From positions 64,001-128,000 of the IMG/VR virus record IMGVR_UViG_3300005096_000005: a stretch of 64,000 nucleotides of DNA. One strand, given 5' to 3'. This document shows, piece by piece, positions 30,501-38,700 of the stretch (positions are counted from its first letter, which is position 1; each line of letters begins with the position of its first letter). The notes beneath the pieces were generated by a model. That model was not told the origin of the DNA, searched no databases, and saw only the letters and a program-made list of their open reading frames with translations. The stretch is from a virus. A program made the position numbers and the translations under genes.

Positions 30501-32501
30501 TTGTATAAGCAGCCCGAGGACCTCCTGAGACGTTGGGTTCAACGTGTCTATTCTCCACCAGGATCGTTTGGGCTGGTATAAGTCGTTAACCTGTCCGGAG
30601 ATGCTCTCCCACACTTTAACGCTGCCCTCAAGCCATTCTTTAGCGTGATCGAAACCAAGTGAAGTACTCAGATCAACATTTGTGGCACTATGCCTGGCAA
30701 TGTTGGCCATCGCTCCATACTCCGACCTATTCTTAAGGAATGACATTACAGGAGAAACTTTGTACGCTACGCGATTGATATCATGCTCTAACTTGCGAAG
30801 TTCTGCCCGTTCAAGCCTCCCACTGTTGAACTGAATACGAACCTTTTCCAGTCTCTTGAGCAGTTCCTTGCATTCTTCTGCATTTGTGGTGGCGGTGGTT
30901 TTATTGTCCCCCTTCAAAATTGGGGCGAGAGTATCGTAGAAAGACTTAATAGGCTGGAGAGCTTCCTTGATATTCTGGCCTCGATCGTAATCCGTTAGTT
31001 CGAGACTAACAACCCATTCCCCCGGGTACCCGGGCAAGCTTGCCGAACCCACGTGCAGAGGGATCGCGTACTTCATACCCATCATGTTTAGCAAACTGTT
31101 GTCAATCTCAAAGTATCCGGTAGGAACCTCCCCTGTCATCTGCTCAGAAGACATCTTGAGCATACTCTGGAGGTTGGATACCGCATTGTCCCTGGCCCCT
31201 ATCATCACACGTGCGCTTGCATCTCCGCCACCCATAAATTGATAGGTATGCTCGGCACTGCCTTCTACAGTGATTGGAGCAAACTTGTTGACATACCGAT
31301 ACGAGACATGGGTCGTAGTGAATACGTCAGACGGACCAAAACACGCCCACTTTTTGCTAATAAGATCAGGAACCTCCACTGTTGCCTTCTTGTAGAGGTC
31401 GGCAATACCCAGTTCCAGCATTGTGGTGATAGAGTGAATATCGACCGCCCCTCGCCCCATCACGGCTTCCATATAATCATACATTCGAGTATTCCGCATA
31501 GAACTGATAGCATTCACGAAAGCCCTGAGTTGCGCCTCGGCCGCGGCGTCGGTACCACCTCCGGCCATTCCTTCCATCTCCTGTTCCGTCAATATACCGG
31601 CACCCACCCCAACCAGAACCTTGGACAGCTCTCTGTTTTTATAACCGTCCCGGTAATCGCTGAGGAGTAGTGCGAATATCTCATACAGGGCTTTCTTTGC
31701 ATCTGTGTTAACAGAAAGGTCGGGCTCCTTCTCCATCGCATTGCCAAACGCCTCAAGATACTTCTGCAATCCCCTTTTAATGTCACCAGCCTTGTTGTCT
31801 CCTACTGCAAGAACCTGTTGCGCCATCTGATATGTGGACATTATAAGTTCAATGTACTTGGCAGAACGCTTGGCGGCTCCTAACTTGTCAGGATCGATCC
31901 CGTACATATTAAAGTATGGCGAGAACTCGTAGATGCCCTTCTGGTAAGTAGGCATTCTTTCGGCTTTGTATGTGTCCATTATGGGATACGTATCTGTGCC
32001 ATAGTGCAAGATAAACCACTCGTACAGCTCCAGATTAAATGACCCCGGGAAGTTATCGCACCACGGCATGTATATGTTGTGATTGAACTCCATCAATCCA
32101 AGAGTAACGGCCAGTTCGTTGGGCTGCTGCTCGATCGTATTGATGGAAAGAGAGTGCAAAGCTACCCCGTCAATGTGATGAACACTATTGAGACCATTAC
32201 AGTTAATCGGAACAAATGGAGTTGAACGGTACATTCTCGCCAGCCCTACCACCTTATTAAATTCCTCAGGCCCAACTTGCAAACCCACCGTGATGTACGT
32301 GGTCAGCATCTTTTCACTGATCTTCGTAGGGGCATGTTGTCTCAACACATGAGACGAACGCATCCGCTTGTTCCTTTGTACCTGTATGTTTTGAGGTGGA
32401 ACCTCAAAATCGATGAGTCCCAGAATAAACGTATCTTTGCTACTGTCCAGGTTTCTCACGTAATCCTGGAATGCAGTTGTATCTGACGATGCTACCGACA
32501 T
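24594..32501 (-). CDS. Giant baseplate hub / tail-tip protein with C-terminal N-acetylmuramoyl-L-alanine amidase (Amidase_2), 2635 aa
   Basis: Hub-like motifs GVRMSIRIGY...FTGTVTE and YQGQCVLIGNPSIKPYD. Amidase motifs ICLHFTAG, THYMITRDGSIY, SYHTG, TIGIEIVN and THHQVRQGKFDCG (about 24600-25236). Confidence 0.8.
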   Translation of the reverse strand: MSVASSDTTAFQDYVRNLDSSKDTFILGLIDFEVPPQNIQVQRNKRMRSSHVLRQHAPTKISEKMLTTYITVGLQVGPEEFNKVVGLARMYRSTPFVPINCNGLNSVHHIDGVALHSLSINTIEQQPNELAVTLGLMEFNHNIYMPWCDNFPGSFNLELYEWFILHYGTDTYPIMDTYKAERMPTYQKGIYEFSPYFNMYGIDPDKLGAAKRSAKYIELIMSTYQMAQQVLAVGDNKAGDIKRGLQKYLEAFGNAMEKEPDLSVNTDAKKALYEIFALLLSDYRDGYKNRELSKVLVGVGAGILTEQEMEGMAGGGTDAAAEAQLRAFVNAISSMRNTRMYDYMEAVMGRGAVDIHSITTMLELGIADLYKKATVEVPDLISKKWACFGPSDVFTTTHVSYRYVNKFAPITVEGSAEHTYQFMGGGDASARVMIGARDNAVSNLQSMLKMSSEQMTGEVPTGYFEIDNSLLNMMGMKYAIPLHVGSASLPGYPGEWVVSLELTDYDRGQNIKEALQPIKSFYDTLAPILKGDNKTTATTNAEECKELLKRLEKVRIQFNSGRLERAELRKLEHDINRVAYKVSPVMSFLKNRSEYGAMANIARHSATNVDLSTSLGFDHAKEWLEGSVKVWESISGQVNDLYQPKRSWWRIDTLNPTSQEVLGLLIQRPDPKIDSDNYIPGLTPPDIQVAEQNKGLKEMKEGLAEIEAYPDLFLPRYVEVIYFLMRKNLGRIRAGLVNFFTNNRGVLAHSFSPEDATDIVLESITGGIDFTEPRASIAALENLLHSVNQDGAEKVPFLKAIMSVLNDNGGLYVDPDFYVVPRNAYLSTVVNILAEQSGDPTAGTWLVDKFGDNIYIGDLTGMRSPENYKASLEERARGLDKQIAVTWFLDEGNEGAQIIRSINALREALIEIATDLVTNEGWVDAISDTAKWASIALAGASLYSGVLAGAAPAAIWIGVELHNRLKKISGKGLGGTLWDVLAEAPGQLLGVAGAFVVEAAGSSTIDEAWDRTFGILFDEYADAQYMWDAVRDSSTDEYKIFEELKGVPQNAIRSIRLMLERQQDRLREWEDKKLNLDRQVHNAQFNLHDLNERTLKSALSTAELQIPLMAVVSREMNLTGDTHTNKFAQETLINAIMRGPKYAGKPIDKVYMGAPMSGVNESNPGILLDEIYYSGRDRLIRAFPTMKLLFINEQPRVYGMKFWTDVFAYNAIESCAIRRHRQYAADTCVLELSNITRSLSQKPVSDKVEQVLKMNLADPGRLGAKEEGFGDWMLTGLDYMWDWVHDFAVDSAKSFNHAFRKLTDEELAQVIQTRIMSRYAGLYLREGVRMSIRIGYSGNVAALKNRFTGTVTECNLGDTITVIAEGDGRELTNVMGWKPYQEPASLDRGAEARDFLVGMMAAKGELGNPPSRWAEFWNVVWKGTAYENNPYGIYHFGSQSYKDAGFWDSTWVSAGAAVGATAVSVATEGPFWWLGALVGGIGGAVPRSVARGPDRLGVTELEMNMYAPNDMGYIGNEDWLSYLSNLPLFGDMDANLNFQPAAAGHTFWSLSQMFADVAPDFIRTAEPFELRSTFFFGKPYWNYVCEYFYPESERVLGRLFPPGHVQTVGRIADFHAWQVQAAKQQYSNLVTSGAWEVGGGIIDIAFGTKVLGIAAAVHGGLKVAIGGLGQLVTGAGRDITYSASGEAVVPKEFFEKDSRGRIKRDVRKDPLSEALDAGIGPDMLLNYLAPWERQGMVYKPYMQFHVLTDRTDFVNNGIRASSKKLYNVVTARTLYSYKNPDGRHVDQTAKADTDIHPEHIKKITVNSGMVTKAVSRFPVFKSITSYLFGTAGYTSSIARSRLRDFMKQMYQGQCVLIGNPSIKPYDMQYIADATRDMFGIAYVRSTVDIISTQDGYLTITEPDCAVATVDKRMIDLWAWGAEFAKHEYAQRIEEQNFVAEVKNLRRQFNLSLVEFMDDQRNDEWHVFAMLVGQGFIGEVPGVRLVTDFDQWGTRIKNLAGRWANLPEPEVKEGEVGPLITRRNIGRKIMQSIDDINMAYDWSKLQFRSSIDPAVTAAQTEFIMDVEALRVDFADDIEDIARVLESGNFNAAVNLKARLGDSKFRQLTEILDRNVSEMAAAQSNIAFKEAAYRAKMTVMDEWFNGGALRAEVDKFFKGNPELLKNPAVGVTKHDVWRHIDDIPACRSRIATRVGEFSDQLNAIVASDADRLAAINMYLRVDKTGFETIRKYMMLRQSLFDKAESGWAMLMESKLGKYVSTVIDNLTPASIIAARRFAGSMLAGIKAGGILLLTQTIVQHINNWMQNRQAVTINCLTVHGIEFSAGMEGHQGCIVGDSLGFYDKLIDKIFSPFSETYYSTDHMDKVDALTTPPVERDNSSYKEANPTGQAAIDQMKVDMVDPASLAVLKPTKTPTFFHAGPTTKYNICLHFTAGGETSPDADIPDWNSRGYGTHYMITRDGSIYKLADESKWSYHTGRGSFGGHIFDQHTIGIEIVNYGPLIQLPNGKWYTCSKREVPPGEVATADQWQEASGPVWPRAFSFVTPQGTITENPKAFQDYPSVQVAAIIALCRGIMARHNMQAQFPDEVWTNYGKTGIPWNWSGIFTHHQVRQGKFDCGAAFPWTTLKQSLGLQEVNP

Positions 32502-32502
32502 A

Positions 32503-35500
32503 TCACGCTCCTGGTAATTGAATGTTATACAATAACATCTGATCTCTCAATCTCGTGTCTGCCCCTAACAGGCCATAAACCTCCCCCGGATTCCAGATTG
32601 TAGAATGGTGAAGTATCCCACTTTCCGGCAATTCGATCCTGGGCGTTTCGGTCTTGACATTCGGCATCGACACCTTGACCTGCGTTGGTCCCTGGGCTTC
32701 GATATAAGCATGGCTCGACGCGCTGACCGTACTGGCCTGCGACATCTCTCCAACTCTCGGCGTTGCCCCTCCCTGTTTCGCGAGACGCTTATACTGTTCC
32801 CCCACATAATCAGCTTCGAGAACCTGTTTGGTACCGGAAGACATTCTGTCCATCATATTACTCGCTATGTCTTCCATCGCGTCGTCCTGTTGCCGAGCCA
32901 TTCCGCGAAGGGCATCTCGAGCTTCAGCAATTGGCCGATCTCCCTGACTCATTATACTCGGAACACCCGCCTTAACGCCAGAGGTTGACTGAAGTGATTC
33001 TGCTGCGGCGGTCGGTCCCATGCGCGGGTCTACGCTGGTACGCGCAGTAGAAACCATCTCTCTATCTATAGAAGTTCCCGCCAACGGCAACTTATTGAGT
33101 CCGGGTTCCACCCCTCCCGTAAGAGCTGAAGCGTGACCTTCATTAAGACGGCTCTGCGGGACATACATCTCAGCCCCCATGTCTGTCCTCACCTGCATCC
33201 AGGGATCCGGGTGTGCTACTCGCGGCGGAATCTTATATTCGGGCGCTTTAACATGAATACGGGAAGTCTCCAGAGTGCGGCCGGCCGCCCCAACCGCTTC
33301 GTCGATACCACCAACACCCATCAAGAGGCCGCTCTGTCTTACGCCAAGACCGTGCTGTCCTGAAACAGCCGCCTTCATGGTAGCGATCTCTGCCCTGAGA
33401 GGTCCAGTCGCATCTTCTGCGATCTTGCCATGCAACATAGCTCTAAACACTTTCTGTTGAGCGAGACTTCTCCCCGAGGCGTTTGCTGCTTCCTGCAGCT
33501 TGTCCATGGGAATTCTCATTCCACCTCTCTTTGCGCTGATCGCATCAACCGTTTTGAGGATGCGCTCTGTTTCTCTCCGGAGCAACTGCGGACTCAACTC
33601 AACCACCCCCGTAGGAGCGCGTGTCACGTTCACGCCGTCCACCGACAACAAATCCCTGACAAGGTTATCTACCTGTATCGCCTTTTGCACGTCATGGCCA
33701 GAACCCGGAATCAGAACTCTGTTGACTGCCGTAGGGTGTAGTTTGCCCGTCTCATTCAGCATGATTGCAGCACCAGTTATCGTTTCCGGAATATCTGGAA
33801 TCGGCCCCGGAACCCTGGTTTGTGATAACTTAACCGGCGTAGACATAGAAACAGCAAGATCTCTCTGGGTTGACACAGCGCCTTCTTTTCTGTATGGGTG
33901 CCTGAGCTTCTCCGGGCCAAGTTCCCGCGGCAGAACTGTCGACGTTTGAGCACTTTCGCCAATGATTCCCGCCATCTTCTTGTTGTGCTCAGCCAACGAC
34001 TCCGTCATAGCCTGTATCTCTTCCTTGTATACCGAATTGGCTTCCTGCAGTGCCAACACCGACTGCATCTCGGAGTCCACAAACTCCCTGACAGTATCGC
34101 GATAACGAGACACTTCTCGTGTAAGGTTGTCTGCTGTCTCCGCGATAGGTCGAGACACAATCCTCGGAGGTATCAATGGGCTCGTAGAAACTACCTTGTC
34201 CCACCCTCCGGCTTCACGAACTTCCACCAGTCGACGCTCTGTCTCTGATATCAGTTTATTGCTACGGACTATAGATTTGTCTAACTGCTTGAGAAGCGGC
34301 CCTCTCTGTGCCTCCAGCATCTCGGTCATCCCGCTCGCCCTGCCGAACCAACTTACTGACGAGTGCACCGCCGAATCAAACGCTCCTGCGGCCCTGGCTG
34401 CCTGAGTTCGTAACGCGGTACCTCCTACCCCTACCATACGCCCCGCTCTGGCCATAAGATTCTCAATGAATACGGACGTCTTGCCTCCAAAAGCGGCGAG
34501 CTGATCCGCGTCTCTCATGGTCATGTACGCAAGGTTGGTGGCTGACAGTTGTGACGTTATGCCTCTACTTTGGCCCATAACCTTAATAGGTCTCAAAGCA
34601 TCGCCACTTCCCTGAAACACTGGGAGATAACCCATTCGTGTCATTCTGGCTATAACAGCAGGTTGTACTGTAGGTTTCACGGGCCTTTGGACTTGACGGA
34701 CAGATTGCAGGATGTCTATTGCGATCTTGTCCGGGATACCGATAGAGGACACCATCTTCTTGAGGGCAAACTTAATCGGCACAACCGGTGGTCTGATCCC
34801 TCCGATAAACTCTCCGGGGACGCCCATCTCAGCAGCCATGTGGCCCCTGGTGTGTGGACCCATTCCGCCTGCCATACTTGGCCGTCGATTGTATGTACTC
34901 TGGACATTGCGCCGATGAGCTATCCGGTCCACCTGTGGAGTAGTCCCTCTTTGGACCTGGAGCCGCCTGAGATTGGCAGGGTCGTAAGGGTCTCTTCTGT
35001 GGCCTGCCCCCGTCAGTTTGCGAAAGATAGCGGGTACGACGATAACCCCAACGGCCAGTCCGGCTATCAGTTTTCCTCTACCCTTCACTACGCTCTGAAG
35101 GGCTTCCTTGGCTCCACTTCCCCGAGACGCAACACCCTCTATCAGCTCGTCCAACTGCTCCAGAATGTGTTTTTCTGCCGGGCGTGGCGGCGGAATAGTT
35201 ACGGTTCTTGTACTGGAAGCTCTCGATGGTGGTGGGCTCCCCAGTGGGTTGCGATGTTTTACTACCGACTCTGTCGGACTGGGAACGTGGCCTGTTTTAA
35301 TGGAACCGGAGTTTTTCACATACTTGGGAAGGTCATGTCCTGCTTTAGTCATTGACCACAGGTTATAGCCCACAGCTTTCATTCGTACGAATGAGTCTTC
35401 GCCTGCCAGTTCTTTAAGTTCGCGCTCTATCAGGTCGGCGCTTTCCATTGCACTCCGACCTCTCTCTGCAACCTTGATCTCGAACTTCTTCAGAGGTCGT

Positions 35501-35796
35501 CCGTCCGGTGTCGCAAGCTCATTCTTGCTAACCAAACGTGTTTCCTTCTTACCTTTGGCAACTTCAACCCCAATTCGCCCTCTTGCGACAGCTACCTCCT
35601 CGAGCTGCTTTTTTGTCATTACCAATATATCGCTCGTGGCTGGCTCTCCAGCCTCGTCGAAACTGAACCTAAAAACTTCTATTGTGCCAGAATTGGCGTC
35701 AACTGTTTTACTTACGACATAGCCAAAGCCCTCGGACCCCGGACTGGTCCAGAATGTACCCGGTCGGGTTGTGTCTTCATGGAGTGGGACCATCAT
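32503..35796 (-). CDS. Large helical/low-complexity protein with one TM segment; tape-measure-like or ejected cargo, about 1097 aa
   Basis: Start probably 35796 (GAGGTG SD upstream). TM segment LIAGLAVGVIVVPAIF and a coiled coil; lies between the tape measure gene and the hub. Confidence 0.5.
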   Translation of the reverse strand: MMVPLHEDTTRPGTFWTSPGSEGFGYVVSKTVDANSGTIEVFRFSFDEAGEPATSDILVMTKKQLEEVAVARGRIGVEVAKGKKETRLVSKNELATPDGRPLKKFEIKVAERGRSAMESADLIERELKELAGEDSFVRMKAVGYNLWSMTKAGHDLPKYVKNSGSIKTGHVPSPTESVVKHRNPLGSPPPSRASSTRTVTIPPPRPAEKHILEQLDELIEGVASRGSGAKEALQSVVKGRGKLIAGLAVGVIVVPAIFRKLTGAGHRRDPYDPANLRRLQVQRGTTPQVDRIAHRRNVQSTYNRRPSMAGGMGPHTRGHMAAEMGVPGEFIGGIRPPVVPIKFALKKMVSSIGIPDKIAIDILQSVRQVQRPVKPTVQPAVIARMTRMGYLPVFQGSGDALRPIKVMGQSRGITSQLSATNLAYMTMRDADQLAAFGGKTSVFIENLMARAGRMVGVGGTALRTQAARAAGAFDSAVHSSVSWFGRASGMTEMLEAQRGPLLKQLDKSIVRSNKLISETERRLVEVREAGGWDKVVSTSPLIPPRIVSRPIAETADNLTREVSRYRDTVREFVDSEMQSVLALQEANSVYKEEIQAMTESLAEHNKKMAGIIGESAQTSTVLPRELGPEKLRHPYRKEGAVSTQRDLAVSMSTPVKLSQTRVPGPIPDIPETITGAAIMLNETGKLHPTAVNRVLIPGSGHDVQKAIQVDNLVRDLLSVDGVNVTRAPTGVVELSPQLLRRETERILKTVDAISAKRGGMRIPMDKLQEAANASGRSLAQQKVFRAMLHGKIAEDATGPLRAEIATMKAAVSGQHGLGVRQSGLLMGVGGIDEAVGAAGRTLETSRIHVKAPEYKIPPRVAHPDPWMQVRTDMGAEMYVPQSRLNEGHASALTGGVEPGLNKLPLAGTSIDREMVSTARTSVDPRMGPTAAAESLQSTSGVKAGVPSIMSQGDRPIAEARDALRGMARQQDDAMEDIASNMMDRMSSGTKQVLEADYVGEQYKRLAKQGGATPRVGEMSQASTVSASSHAYIEAQGPTQVKVSMPNVKTETPRIELPESGILHHSTIWNPGEVYGLLGADTRLRDQMLLYNIQLPGA

Positions 35797-35798
35797 TT

Positions 35799-38700
35799 TC
35801 AAAGCGTCCACCTCGACAACATTGGTCTCTCGTTCGCAATTCTGTTGGCCAGCACCATCTTGCCAAATCTATTAAGGTCACGAGCCTGCTCGTCATTCTC
35901 CTCTTCCAGTTCTCTATTGACAGGGAACGGTACCTCCTCAGCAACAGCGGCCTGAAGAGCGTTTTGCAATGTGTTTGCCTGCTCGTCGCTTTCTATTCCT
36001 GAGGCGTTAATGTCTACCATGACTCTGGCCTTCTGCAGTCTCGGATTCTCCACAGGGATGCGCAAATCGGGTGAGGGTCTGTGAATTCCCCCACGCAATG
36101 GGAAAGACCTCCTGAACCCCTGAGGTTTATGGTCCTGCTCTAGCGGGTCGGTAAACATCCGGTATCCAGCATACGCTCCCGCCGCAGCTATTCCAAGAAT
36201 ACCCAGAGGCGTTAATGGTTTCTTTGTCTTTGCAATGGCCTCCGTCACTTCTCTTTCAATGTCACGTGTTGCAACGTGAGCGGCAACCGACGAATCTACA
36301 GCTTCTACAACATCTTTAGCCACTCCTCCGACCTGAGAAGCACCTCTGACCGAGAGCCCTTCGCCAAAGGGAATGTTTGCCATATCCGGCTTGGCGTATC
36401 GCGCTATAATTTGAGAGAACCCGGCCAGGTCGTCCCGACCCTGGTCAATACTCCGTCGAAGCTGTGCGAGTACACGGCGACCTTCGTCTGTCAGAAAACG
36501 CTGTCCGCCTTCTTCATACACAAAGTCTCCGATACGTCGCCCTGTGTGTTTGCCTGTCGGGATGATGACACGCTCAAGAACCTCCCTCACACGGGACACC
36601 TGAGCAGCAGATAACTCCGACGGGTCACGGAAGAAGTCGGCCCCTACACCTGCCAGAATATCGGGACTGGCTCCGGTCATATGGCTGAGGTACTGCTCTA
36701 ATGCCGCAGCCTGATCCTGCACCGGCCCAAAAAACTTGTTTGCATACACCTTGTTTACGGTATTGAGAGCATCTCTCACTTTCCACTTGTGAAACACCCT
36801 CTCTTTGCCCTGTTCGCCCAACAGAAAGGCGAATCTCTTTTTCTCCTCTACAGTGGCGCCTACAAGATTTGAGCTTGTCCATACCGGAAGTGGGGAGGCT
36901 CCCGGCGATACGGCATCGAGCGCCTGGACGTAATTGTTAATGACCTTCGTGGCGTCTGACAATTCACTGTACGGCGTTGAGAAGAATTTGCTGCTCGGGT
37001 CAATATAAGCGTATGTGGACGGCTTTAACTCCCCTGTATGCGCCTTTATACTAACAACCGTAGCAAGGGCGGTGCGCACCCGTGACGGCTTGATGTCTCC
37101 GGCATACGTGTTAACAAACTTGTTCATGCGATTCAACAACACCGGATCGACATCACTAAAGGGTATCTCTCCTGTCGCCAGCGGTTTCAATACCGGGGCT
37201 ATCTCTCTACTGATCTCGTTAAACTCTTGAACAAGATCCTGCGGCCTGGGTAACCTGAGAGGATCAATCTTCGCAAACAAGTTTGCTCTGAATAGATTGC
37301 CGAAATCCTCTCCGGCCTGACGTTCCATCATTCTTATGAGGGGGTCCAAACCTATGCTCTCATGAATGTTTCGCAAACTCTCGTGCAACATAGCCTTGGA
37401 GCGTAGAGGTAATATGTAAGCCTGTTCGCCAAGTCCCAACTCCATGATGGGCTCAATATTCCATCGGCGTGCCGTGGTGGCCCCCATGACAGCTTCAAGA
37501 GCCTCGTCCGTCATGTGGTCGCCTACTTCCATCAGATCCATAAACTTGGCAACCTGATCTTCCGTGAAGGACAACCCCTTCATAATCTGTGCCGCATGTG
37601 CGGTAGCCTCTCCGAACGACCTAAGCCCAAGCCTACGCATCCTGTACTTCAGGGATTCCTTCAACAGTTCAGAACGCTCAGCTCCCAATATTGCAAGAGA
37701 AGCTTCTTCGGCCACCAGAAACTCCTTGCTAAATATCCCCGCAGGATGAACAGACTTCGAGGCGTCAATCATAGGTTGCCACTTCTTGCTGGGATTGACC
37801 TCGGCGAATACCCGTGCGACATCCTCCATCAGCGTTTTGTCAGTTCCTACTATTGCTCCTGCACCTGGCGAAGTAAGCGACTGGGCTGCTGTCTCTGCCG
37901 CTTTCTCAATTGTCAGAGCCTTTGCTGCCTTCTGGTTGTAATCGAGCAGTATGTTCCATACCTCGCCTCGCATCTCCTGCCCGACCTCCTGAGCCTCAAA
38001 GAACCGCTTAACCACAAGGTCCCTGGTAACGTCGTCTATTCCCTGCAGCCCGGCAAGTTCTTGTGCGATACGCTTCTCATCAGCCTTAACACCAGCAGCT
38101 CGTGCGATAGCCAGGATGTTGTCTTTCATCTGCTCTGGAGTCAACCGCGTGTCGAGTAGTTTCGCCAGTACGTCTTCGTCCACATAACGATAGCCTTCAA
38201 TGGTCCTCATGTTTCTCAGTCCGTACGTCTCTTCCGGCGTGGACTGCCATAACCCCATAAGAGAAGCTGGAGTCAATGCGTCTCCGGGTGGAACCGCCTT
38301 ATTAACCCGACTCAAGGCCACCTTCATGCTAAGGCTCGCCTCTGCTCCCGTGTCATTGAGCACCCGAATACGCTCTCCCTGCGTCAGAAAACCTTCTCCC
38401 ACCTGTTGCTCTGCCAGGCTGGCAAAGTACTGACTGTCAGGGCCAATAGGCGTTTGAGTGATAACGTCCTGCACAACGCGCGGCCTGATAACACCAGACA
38501 CGGCTTCTGCAATAGAGATTTTGCGGATCTCATCACTGTTCTCAATAGCTATGCGAGCTACCCTGTCGTCTCGAAGCTTGATCTGAGCATGCCCGGCGTC
38601 TCTGTCGTAAAGGAAATCGAGCCCTTCGAATGGGGTCACTCCGAGGACCTTCTTGTACTTTTGATCAAGGCGAGCGTGCATTGTGATAATGTCTGCGACG

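Noticed and set aside
36490-36570. IPTGKHTGRRIGDF resembling the 'FGKHKG' ExoX C-terminal/DUF3820 motif
   Set aside because: Single short match that lacks the Phe and the downstream YLxW; could be chance.
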